This document shows, in pieces, positions 1-8,400 of a stretch of DNA of 32,919 nucleotides. Position numbers and translations under genes: made by a program. The notes beneath the pieces are model-generated. The model was not told where the DNA came from, ran no database searches, and was given only the letters and a program-made list of their open reading frames with translations. The stretch comes from a virus (Duplodnaviria; Caudoviricetes): the IMG/VR virus record IMGVR_UViG_3300044453_000318, positions 1-32,919 of that record; one strand, given 5' to 3'. Within the stretch, counting starts at the first letter, position 1; every line of letters starts with the position of its first letter.

Positions 1-147
1 ATGAAAAAATTACTAGCACAAAAATCACAAACATTATCGTTTAACCAAATAGTCAAAGTGAAAGGTGGAAATGGCGGCGGCGGTGATGGGCAGGAGCCAC
101 CTCAAGCCCGCGCTGCAGTAACCTTTATAAAACTATTTAAAAATTAA
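1..147 (+). CDS. Small peptide precursor with double-glycine-type leader (48 aa)
   Basis: Translated by hand and absent from the ORF track: MKKLLAQKSQTLSFNQIVKVKGG-NGGGGDGQEPPQARAAVTFIKLFKN*. LSxxQIxxVxGG fits the double-glycine leader pattern. The RBS would lie upstream of the window. Confidence 0.75.
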   Translation: MKKLLAQKSQTLSFNQIVKVKGGNGGGGDGQEPPQARAAVTFIKLFKN

Positions 148-174
148 AACGATTAAAGGCATACAAGGACAAGC

Positions 175-726
175 ATGACTGATTTTTTTGTTACAACAGG
201 TTGGATTATTAGAGCATTTGAAGCATTCATTTTGCTTTATTTGATTATTAAGTTTAAAAACCATAGGACTTCATTGTTTTTTGGTGGCCAAAAAAACTTA
301 AAAACAATCGACGATCACGAACTTCACTCATGCTTTATATCTGCGCTGACCGTCATGGTTTTTCACTTCACGAGTGCAAATCTTGCTGAATATATATTAG
401 CAATCAAAGGTATGGAACGAATGGAACTTAGACAGTTCTATTATTTTTCAATGTTTATTTGTTCAGTCGCATTTTCAGCAGCGCTTTTTGCACTGCACTT
501 AATTCGTGGGTGTACGTTCTCACCAACTGCTCGACAGTGTTTGTATGTAGCACTGTTAATGTGTATTTTACAATGCACTCAATTTATTGCACGTGCAATT
601 ATAGGTACTGATATTTTATCGCCGATTTACAAATACGGCGTGGTGATACTTAATTTAATGACGTTGAGTATAGTCGCGTCTTATCCTCTAAAACGATTAG
701 GATTGTTAGTAAAAAAGGAAGTTTGA
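175..726 (+). CDS. Multi-pass integral membrane protein of unknown function
   Basis: 183-aa ORF with AAGGA RBS upstream and about 5 hydrophobic segments. Confidence 0.8.
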   Translation: MTDFFVTTGWIIRAFEAFILLYLIIKFKNHRTSLFFGGQKNLKTIDDHELHSCFISALTVMVFHFTSANLAEYILAIKGMERMELRQFYYFSMFICSVAFSAALFALHLIRGCTFSPTARQCLYVALLMCILQCTQFIARAIIGTDILSPIYKYGVVILNLMTLSIVASYPLKRLGLLVKKEV

Positions 727-727
727 T

Positions 728-1087
728 ATGACGTTACTATTTATAATGTTATTTTTAAAAATTTTGATCTTCTTATCAATTTGTTATTCATCTTTACAAT
801 CACACAGATTGAGTTGTGTTGAACAACGATTACTAGTACCAGCAGCAACGTTTTTACCTGAAAAGGAAAGTATCAGCGCTCGCTTTAACACAGCTAACGA
901 AATTGTTATAGATCTTGGTAAAGCGATTACTGGGACTAATGAGATTGAAAAGCCAGCTAATATCAAAGCCGTTTTTCCGAGAGTTGAGCAATATTGTCAA
1001 AAGGCCAAAATACAGCCATTAAGAGCTAAATTCGCAGAGCGGCCCATGCTTAAAGTTGTAAATTCGAACTGCAAAAAAAACCGCTAG
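728..1087 (+). CDS. Membrane-anchored hypothetical protein
   Basis: 119-aa ORF starting 1 nt after the upstream stop, with an N-terminal hydrophobic helix and a soluble remainder containing RPMLKVV. Confidence 0.7.
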   Translation: MTLLFIMLFLKILIFLSICYSSLQSHRLSCVEQRLLVPAATFLPEKESISARFNTANEIVIDLGKAITGTNEIEKPANIKAVFPRVEQYCQKAKIQPLRAKFAERPMLKVVNSNCKKNR

Positions 1088-1100
1088 TAGCGGTTTTTTT
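1073..1100. terminator. Bidirectional intrinsic terminator
   Basis: AAAAAAAA-CCGCT-AGT-AGCGG-TTTTTTT between convergent genes. Confidence 0.85.
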
Positions 1101-1106
1101 ATGCTG

Positions 1107-1535
1107 TTAAGTTAAGTGAGGTTTGAGATCTAAAAATACTAATTTTGCACAATCATCTAAACTTACTTTTTTTTCATTGCTTGCTGCAAGCCAATTTAGC
1201 TTGGCAAGTTTATTCAAAGAACTGGCAGTTATATCTATAAGCTGCTCATCATATTCTTGCTCAGTTAGCGCGGTGCTTTGTTTTTGCCCCTCTTGCATAG
1301 GTACACACTGCTCTGCTATTGAGATAGGTTCGTCAGATATAAGCCATAGCGCATATTTTTTAAAATCTGGATGATTGGCAACTTTTAACATTGCAGGTGC
1401 ACCAACTTCACTATGTCCAGACTCATACTTTTTATACGAACTAATAGAAATTCCAACTAATTGTGAAAAATCATTCTGATTTAAACCTGTTGTTCTACGT
1501 ATTATCTTTAGCTTTTCACCAATCGTTAATTTCAT
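1107..1535 (-). CDS. XRE-family HTH repressor, P2 C-like paralog 3
   Basis: IGEKLKIIR..GLNQNDF..ISISSYKKYESG HTH and NHPDFKKYALWL, resembling P2 C. Shares a C-terminal domain with its neighbours. Confidence 0.88.
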   Translation of the reverse strand: MKLTIGEKLKIIRRTTGLNQNDFSQLVGISISSYKKYESGHSEVGAPAMLKVANHPDFKKYALWLISDEPISIAEQCVPMQEGQKQSTALTEQEYDEQLIDITASSLNKLAKLNWLAASNEKKVSLDDCAKLVFLDLKPHLT

Positions 1536-1976
1536 TTATTTTCCGTAATGTTTTTTAATCACTGGTTCGAGATCTTTAAATAAAAATTTTGCACACTCTG
1601 TAAAGTCTACGTTTCTTTCAGCGTTTTTTTTAATCCAGTTTAAAGAGTCAAACATATCCAGCATATCAGTGGTTACTTTTAAGAATTGGCTTTCATATTC
1701 GAGTTGGTTGGTGCTTTCATTATCGCTGTTTTCTTTTCCGGGTTTGAATTGACCAGAACTGTGATCGGCTTTATTAGTTAAAAGCCACATTAAATACTTT
1801 TTTGTCTCAGGGTGATTAGCAATTCTTTCAATAACTGAGTAACCAGGTTCAGATCTTCCAGTTTCATACTTTTTGAAACTACTAACCCCAATACCTAATA
1901 AATTACAAAACTTATCTTGACTTAAACCTAAGTGGCTTCTTAAGGCTTTTAGTCTATTTCCTATATTGTTGTCCAC
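1536..1976 (-). CDS. XRE-family HTH repressor, P2 C-like paralog 2
   Basis: GTG start with AAGGA RBS. IGNRLKALR..GLSQDKF..SSFKKYETGRSEP, NHPETKKYLMWL, GQFKPG. Confidence 0.88.
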   Translation of the reverse strand: MDNNIGNRLKALRSHLGLSQDKFCNLLGIGVSSFKKYETGRSEPGYSVIERIANHPETKKYLMWLLTNKADHSSGQFKPGKENSDNESTNQLEYESQFLKVTTDMLDMFDSLNWIKKNAERNVDFTECAKFLFKDLEPVIKKHYGK

Positions 1977-2001
1977 CTTGATTCCTTATGGTTTTATATG
2001 T

Positions 2002-2469
2002 TTATGCTGATTTTGTTTGTGATATGTCTGCTTCCTTAAAGCGTTCGCTGATTACAGGCTTTAAATCTTTAAATAGCAATTTGGCGCAGTCGTCAAAAGA
2101 AATACCTTTCTCTTTATTAGGTGTAAACCAGTCAAGTACACAGAACATAATAAGTGTGTCTGCAACTACTTTTAAAAACTTTTCTTCGTATTCGTCGTCA
2201 GTCAATGTATGGTTATTTGAACTTTCTTCACCTGGTGCGAACTGGCCCGCAGCTGGGTTTGTATCACCCGTTACCAACCAAAGCGCATATTTTTTTAAAT
2301 CAGGATGATTAGCAACATTTAAAATAGGTTGAGCGCCAACTTCTATAAAACCACCTTCATACTTCCTGTATGAGCTTGGACTTATATCTACCAGAGCAGC
2401 AAATTTAGGCTGACTTAATCCCGTCGTATTACGAATTAATCTAAATTTTTCTCCAATAGTATTTGACAT
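2002..2469 (-). CDS. Immunity repressor, P2 C-like paralog 1 (promoter-proximal)
   Basis: Start reassigned to the ATG at 2469 (MSNTIGEK) because GGAGG precedes it. KYALWLVTG..PAAGQFAP resembles P2 C, and the gene is divergent from the cox-like gene. Confidence 0.9.
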   Translation of the reverse strand: MSNTIGEKFRLIRNTTGLSQPKFAALVDISPSSYRKYEGGFIEVGAQPILNVANHPDLKKYALWLVTGDTNPAAGQFAPGEESSNNHTLTDDEYEEKFLKVVADTLIMFCVLDWFTPNKEKGISFDDCAKLLFKDLKPVISERFKEADISQTKSA

Positions 2470-2492
2470 GTATCCTCCTAGGGATCTATATT
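2463..2492 (+). promoter_or_regulatory. Putative rightward early lytic sigma70 promoter (Pe-like)
   Basis: TTGACA-18 nt-TATATT overlapping the repressor start codon, which implies face-to-face promoters as in the P2/186 switches. Confidence 0.65.
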
Positions 2493-2620
2493 GGTATTTA
2501 TACCCTTGCAGGGGCAAGTTTTATTCCTTTCAAGGGTTTTTTTTGTTGTGTTTTTATAAAAAAATACACTTAGTAGTAAATATTAGCATAGCCAAGGTTA
2601 TAAGTGGAACCTTGTAAGGT
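2473..2620. promoter_or_regulatory. Four putative operator palindromes (consensus CCTTnnAAGG)
   Basis: TCCTCCTAGGGA 2473-2484, CCCTTGCAGGGG 2503-2514, TCCTTTCAAGGG 2525-2536, ACCTTGTAAGGT 2609-2620. Confidence 0.6.
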
Positions 2621-2644
2621 ACGATTTAAATTGTGAGGTGATAT

Positions 2645-2923
2645 ATGGAAATTATTGATTTTAGGAAAACCATTGATGGTAATCGCGTCAATGAAGATGA
2701 AAAGTTTTTAAAGTTGAATGAAGTATTAGCGCATTGTTGTTTATGCCGAGCACAGCTTTATAAACTCATGGCTAAGGGGTTGTTTCCGCCTAGCCATAAA
2801 ATGTTGTCGGGTAGAGTTGTTTGGTTGTCTACAGACATAAATATATGGCGCTCTATGACATCAGAGTCTTTTAAAAGTAAATACGAAACCAAGTTAAAAG
2901 TAGCAAGGGAGAGTGCAGCATGA
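2645..2923 (+). CDS. AlpA/Cox-like regulator or excisionase
   Basis: FLKLNEVL..CRAQLYKLMAKGLFPP..GRVVWL is an AlpA-type winged HTH. GAGGTG RBS and the cox position. Confidence 0.85.
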   Translation: MEIIDFRKTIDGNRVNEDEKFLKLNEVLAHCCLCRAQLYKLMAKGLFPPSHKMLSGRVVWLSTDINIWRSMTSESFKSKYETKLKVARESAA

Positions 2924-3228
2924 TTTCAGCAACATCAATTCAATCAACAGATATTGCAGACGATGCAAAAGCATTACTGTTTGCGTTACTCGAAGAAAAT
3001 ATAACTTTGCGAAGAGAAAACGAAGCACTTCAAGACCAAGAGCGCTTAATAAGTACAAAAGAAGCAATGCAAGTTATGGGTTGCGCCCGAAAAAAGTTTT
3101 GGGAGTTAACAAGCGAAAGTGGTTTTCCGCAAGCTATTAAGTTCGGTCATACAAATCATTACAAACTGAATGAATTAAAAGCATTTCGCGACGATTACAA
3201 AAAAAGGAAACTTGATCATGCAAGCTAA
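2920..3228 (+). CDS. Second AlpA/excisionase-like HTH protein with N-terminal coiled coil
   Basis: LISTKEAMQVMGCARKKFWEL...GFPQAIKFG. ATGA overlap with the upstream gene. Confidence 0.8.
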   Translation: MISATSIQSTDIADDAKALLFALLEENITLRRENEALQDQERLISTKEAMQVMGCARKKFWELTSESGFPQAIKFGHTNHYKLNELKAFRDDYKKRKLDHAS

Positions 3229-3610
3229 TAAAATTGTGCAAACACCCACGTTAAAAGTACATAACAACACAATGCCAGCAGGTCTTTTACAAATAAAAAA
3301 AATGTTTGGTGAAGCAAGGCATACACCTGGTCATGTGTACAAAAATATTTTAAGCGACAGAGAACGTTCGTTTTTATGCATGAGCGCAGGATTAAAACGC
3401 ACTGAATTAAACAAAAATTGGGATGAATACACGCTTGACCAACGTCAAGCGCTTCGTAAAGGGCTAATGCAGCTTAATAGTATTGTAGTTGCATTTATAG
3501 ACTCAAATGCTATGGAAGCATACAAGTGGATCGATGGCGCTAAGCCTAACGAACCTAAGTTTATGCAGGGTAGTGTTGTTGAAATGTCGCAAATTAAGCA
3601 AGCTAACTAA
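3218..3610 (+). CDS. P2-like early protein (gpB/DUF5347-like)
   Basis: LSDRERSFLCMSAGL..WDEYTLDQRQALRKGL resembles P2-type early proteins. The ATG at 3218 is preferred to the TTG at 3212. Confidence 0.55.
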   Translation: MQANKIVQTPTLKVHNNTMPAGLLQIKKMFGEARHTPGHVYKNILSDRERSFLCMSAGLKRTELNKNWDEYTLDQRQALRKGLMQLNSIVVAFIDSNAMEAYKWIDGAKPNEPKFMQGSVVEMSQIKQAN

Positions 3611-3619
3611 GGAAAGCAA

Positions 3620-4216
3620 ATGAGTTCAACAGCAAGAACACAAGATCGCAACTCTGACGATTACTATGTTACGCCACACTGGGTGATTGAATCGTTTTTA
3701 AATGCAACAAACCCATGTAACCCCGATTGCAAAAGGCCATTAGCCCTCGGCTGCAAAATACTTGATCCAAGTGCAGGGGGCTGCGAGCAATACGAAATGA
3801 GCTATCCAAAAGTATTGGGTCAATTTGGTCATAAGCATGTTGATACCTGGGATATTCGGCCCGACAGCAAAGCGCAATACCGAGAAATTGATTTTTTACA
3901 AACTAAAGGAGAAGGGCGTTATGACACAGTTATAACAAACCCGCCGTTTAAGTTTGCTGAGCAATTTGTATACAAAGCACTTGAGCATGTAAATAACAAT
4001 GGCCTTGTGATCATGCTCCAGCGCTTAAACTGGTTAGGTAGTCTAAAGCGTTTTGAAATGTGGAGTAGCTTGCCACTAAATTCTGTATTTGTTCACCATA
4101 AGCGCCCTGGTTTTAATCCAAAAAAACCAAGTGCCACAGACTCAATTGAATACGCTCACTTTGTATTTTATAAAAACCAGCACCGCAAAACTCCCGCCCA
4201 GCTTTTTGTAATTTAA
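3620..4216 (+). CDS. DNA amino-methyltransferase (probably N6-adenine)
   Basis: SAM-binding ILDPSAGG, catalytic VITNPPF, N-terminal DYYVTP. Confidence 0.85.
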   Translation: MSSTARTQDRNSDDYYVTPHWVIESFLNATNPCNPDCKRPLALGCKILDPSAGGCEQYEMSYPKVLGQFGHKHVDTWDIRPDSKAQYREIDFLQTKGEGRYDTVITNPPFKFAEQFVYKALEHVNNNGLVIMLQRLNWLGSLKRFEMWSSLPLNSVFVHHKRPGFNPKKPSATDSIEYAHFVFYKNQHRKTPAQLFVI

Positions 4217-4235
4217 CCCAGTTTAAGGATTAAAA

Positions 4236-4664
4236 ATGACTCATATCAAAGACCAAGATCCGTCTGAAATTCGTGAAAAAGCTAATTGTTTTAACTCTGA
4301 GCAATTTAAAAGTCGAATGAGTTGGGAGTATTATTGTCTTCAGATGTTCAAAGTTAGATTTATGCTGACGTCTGATGAATCAGAAATTAGAGTCGGAGGT
4401 GAAGCATCAGAAATAAAAAAATCTAATGATTATTACGCCAGGTTAAATGTAGCAATAGGCCTGTGTATATGTGTTAAAAAACGTAGTCTTTTAACATATA
4501 CGGCATCTGGAAATAGTTATAAATTAGTAGGTTATGCTCTTGATATTGTTGATTACTTACATGAGCAGGGGTTACACACAATCGCTCATCACCTAGATCA
4601 TTTAACATGCAACTTAGCCGTGCATATTGGTTATAAGAAGAACCCTTTAGAGCAGGTTGCATAA
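4236..4664 (+). CDS. Hypothetical protein
   Basis: 142-aa ORF with AAGGA RBS in the early operon and no recognised motif. Confidence 0.7.
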   Translation: MTHIKDQDPSEIREKANCFNSEQFKSRMSWEYYCLQMFKVRFMLTSDESEIRVGGEASEIKKSNDYYARLNVAIGLCICVKKRSLLTYTASGNSYKLVGYALDIVDYLHEQGLHTIAHHLDHLTCNLAVHIGYKKNPLEQVA

Positions 4665-4665
4665 A

Positions 4666-4863
4666 ATGAACCGCAATGTTTTTATCAATGACACTGCACA
4701 AATGCATGCACATTATCACAACCGCACCCAACCGAATGATACAGATTTTGCGCAAGCTGAAATTGTTACACAGCAACATGAACAAGCCAGGTTAAATTCG
4801 GGTTTAACTATTACATGGGTTGCTGCGCCAGTTAATGAATATTTTAAGGAATCAATGAAATGA
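4666..4863 (+). CDS. Small hypothetical protein
   Basis: Fills the operon gap, with ATG at 4666 after CAGGT and an ATGA overlap with the next gene. Confidence 0.55.
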   Translation: MNRNVFINDTAQMHAHYHNRTQPNDTDFAQAEIVTQQHEQARLNSGLTITWVAAPVNEYFKESMK

Positions 4864-5411
4864 ACCACGTAATGTTAGATTTAGAGACTATGGGCCAAGG
4901 CAGTAATGCAGCAATTGTTGCCATAGGTGCCGTATTTTTTGAGCCCACAACAGGAAAAATTGGTGCCTCATTTTACCAAAAAATAGACTTAGAAAGCGCC
5001 GCACAATATGGCGATATCGACCCAAGTACAATTATTTGGTGGTTAAAACAAAGTGACGCAGCACGAGCTGAAATAACCAGTAATGATACTTGCACCTTAT
5101 CAGATGCACTTTATGAATTTGAAGACTGGATAGAGCAAATTACATCAATCAATGATCGTGTTGTATGGGGCAATGGTGCGAGCTTTGATAATGTTATTTT
5201 ATCTAACGTATACAAAGCATTTAAATGTGAAAAGCCATGGCGTTTTTGGAATGACAGAGACGTAAGAACAGTAGTTGAATTAGGTAAAGCACTTAAAGAT
5301 TATCAACCAAAAAGAGATATGCCATTTGAAGGCACCGCACACAAAGCATTAGATGATGCAATACATCAGGCAAAGTATGTAAGTGCAATATATAAGGCAT
5401 TAGCATCATAG
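4860..5411 (+). CDS. DEDDh 3'-5' exonuclease (phage RNase T-like/DUF5051-type)
   Basis: ExoI MLDLET, ExoII WGNGASFD, ExoIII HKALDDA. Confidence 0.9.
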   Translation: MNHVMLDLETMGQGSNAAIVAIGAVFFEPTTGKIGASFYQKIDLESAAQYGDIDPSTIIWWLKQSDAARAEITSNDTCTLSDALYEFEDWIEQITSINDRVVWGNGASFDNVILSNVYKAFKCEKPWRFWNDRDVRTVVELGKALKDYQPKRDMPFEGTAHKALDDAIHQAKYVSAIYKALAS

Positions 5412-8400
5412 TGACTATTTGGCCTATTACAAAGTGTAAAATTTCTAAAGCCGTGTTGGTTAAAACCAATGCGGTTTATGACGTTAATCACCAACGCTAT
5501 TTAGTTAAGAACCTAAGCCGCTTTACTAATTACACACAACTCAAACTTGTTACTCAGTATTTAGATAAAATTAAACCCGAACATACAAACCCAAGCGAAC
5601 AAGCAAACGCTTGGTTTTGTGCGTTTATAAAACAAGCGCAACATCGTATTGATGTAACGAGCTTATCTATTAATAAAGACGCTAAAAAAGCTCTTACTAA
5701 AGTTCACGATAACAGCAATCACAATTACATTGTTGAACAAATCATAAAGCAAAACAAAGCATCAAGATTACAAGCCAGTTTTGTACGCCAACTTCATACA
5801 AATTTGAATTTTATACAAGATAACAAAAGCTCGATTAAACCACTGTCTACAGATGTTAAAAATGCTGACGAACTAGAGCAAATACAAGTACTAAAAAGCG
5901 CTGCAAAAAATACAGTAAGTACCTCTGTTTTGTCTCTGTTTGCGGGTTTTGATAAAGATGAACATGCGTTTGTATACGAGTGTTTATCTGTAGTGCCAAG
6001 GCCATTGCAGATGCGTTTTGCGAAACGTTATTTATCAAGATGCGACAACAGCGCGCGTAGTAAATATAAGGCCAATGAATGGTTTAGGCGAACTATAAAC
6101 AAACTAAAACCTCGTTTAAAAATCTTAAAGAAAATAGTTGATGATATGCCTTTGCCCTGGCACATACTCGCTAATGTAGAAAAAACAAAAAAACATGGGT
6201 GTGTATTGGCTAATGAGGTGTCGGCAATTTTAGTCGATATACGAAATAACACCGATTTAAACAATTTAGATGTAAAAAGCGACTTTGCTAAAACAATAGT
6301 GAACGACATTATTAAATCACAACAAAACTTTAGCATGGTTGATTATTACAATGTGATTAGTGAGTTTGCTGCACAATTTGGGGTAACGCTTTTATTTGCT
6401 GAAAAAGGCGAGTATTTAACAGAACCTGACGCCGAAATAGCCTTACTAAAAGCACAGTGTCATGCTTGGTGGGCACGCAAATTAAAACCAATACGTGCTC
6501 GGTATTTAGAACACTTAGAAATTGCAACCGGCGAAGTAGGGCGCGATGTATTTTCAGCATACGATAAAAAAACTAAGCAGCGGGTCAAAAAGCGTAAAGG
6601 TATAAATGCGTATTGCTCAAAACAGGCAATCACGGAATACAACTATAACCAAGAGCGCGGCAAAAAGTATTTAGAAAGTTTAGAGCTCGTAAACGAATGC
6701 GGTGATGTAATTTCATTAATGAAAGCGGTTGATAAAGGGATGGCAAATCCGAAAAACATGCGTAATGAATTGATGTTACGTGTACGTTCTACCGAAGAAA
6801 TGGCCGACGCTATGAATTACGTTGGTGGCTTTTACAATATTACGGCGCCAAGTCGTTTTCATGCAAATTCGCCAAGTTGGGATGGCTCAACACCCAAAGA
6901 GTGCAGCGCCTATTTAAATAAACAATATCAACAAGCCAGGGCAAAACTTGATCGTTTAGAAATCCCATATTTTGGTATAAGAGTAGCAGAACCCCACACA
7001 GACGGTTGCCCACACTGGCACATGCTTATATGGACGCCAGAGCGCTACTATTATCAAGTTAGCCATATTTTACGCCGCTATTTTACACGCGATGACCGAG
7101 ACGTATTTTTTGAACGATTTAAACGCCGCAAAGAGCTAAAAGCTGTTTATACAAATAAGCGACGAATTTGGGGTTTGAATAAAAAACGCGGTACTTACAC
7201 CAAAGAGCCTAAAAAAGACTATTACCCAAGTTCACCACGCTTTACAGCAATTCGTATGGAACCGGCTAAAGTCGATAAAGACGGCAAACGCACAGGCGGC
7301 GCTGCGGCATACATTGCTAAATATATCAGTAAAAACATTGATGGTTTTGCACTCTCGCAAGAGCACGACGCAGACTCAGGCGAAAAACTAACCCAAGCGG
7401 TTAACCCAGTAAAAGCTTGGGCAAGCACGTGGGGTATAAGGCAATTTCAGTTTCAAAAATCTCCTTCTATTACTATTTGGCGCGAATTACGCAGAGTAAA
7501 AGACGAACTAAAAGGCAATGACGAATTAGAGCAAGTCAGATATGCAGCACACAATGGAGACTTTAAAACCTTTGTGACGCTTATGGGAGGCTTTGGTATT
7601 GGCCGTGCTTCACGCTTTAAACCCGCTTATGAAGTAACACCCTATGGTAACGATTATGGCGAATGCGTAAAACGCTTGAAGGGGATTGAAGACACCACGA
7701 CCTTATGTAGCTTGGTTACACGTGTTCACACGTGGAGTAAACAACCCATTGGCACCGCAGATAAAAATAACGACGTTGTAATTGCTGGGCAGGATGCTGA
7801 CACCGTCGGCATAGCCGACCTATCTTGGACTAGTGGGAATAATTGTACGCCTTGCACTACAAGGCATACAGACGAGTTATTGTTAGATATGCATGGTTTT
7901 ACCAGTGAAGAGATCAAAGACGTTAAAAAGGATCTGTTAGATGGTAAAAAGGTAGGTATTAACGGCCATGTTTACTTTATAAAAGACGGAGTTTTAACTA
8001 TTTGGGATGAAAAAGCACAGCTCAAACAACGAAAGCTTGAAGATATTGCGGAGATAGCTAAAACAGAAGCGCTAAAAGAAACTTTATCTGATGACAGTGG
8101 CGTTGTGCATTGTAACAGGCATTGGCCGCTGTTCAGCGTTGATGATGCAAATAGGCTAAGAGACGGTGAAAGCATACAACTAAACGGTAAGCTCTACTAT
8201 GCAGAAGCTTACGAGCTGTATTACTTTGAGCAATCACAGTTTAAGCACATTAAACATGATGTGTGGCCACTGTTTAGTTCAGAGCATGGTTGGCAGTTAA
8301 ATAGGCCGTTTGGTGTTAAATCACCTGATTGCGATGGAGAAAAAGTAATACATGACGGGCGTATTTATTATGTATTGAATGCTGAGCTTTATTCGTTAGA

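Noticed and set aside
1-147. Peptide as a modified RiPP (lasso peptide or microcin) precursor
   Set aside because: No cyclase, radical SAM, YcaO or transporter gene is in the window, so only the leader-like pattern is supported.
2470-2517. 16-aa N-terminal extension of the repressor in the ORF track
   Set aside because: A strong GGAGG RBS precedes ATG 2469, the paralogs begin at the equivalent position, and the extension covers promoter/operator DNA.
2548-2569. AT-rich imperfect palindrome GTGTTTTTATAAAAAAATACAC
   Set aside because: Low complexity, so it cannot be distinguished from chance.
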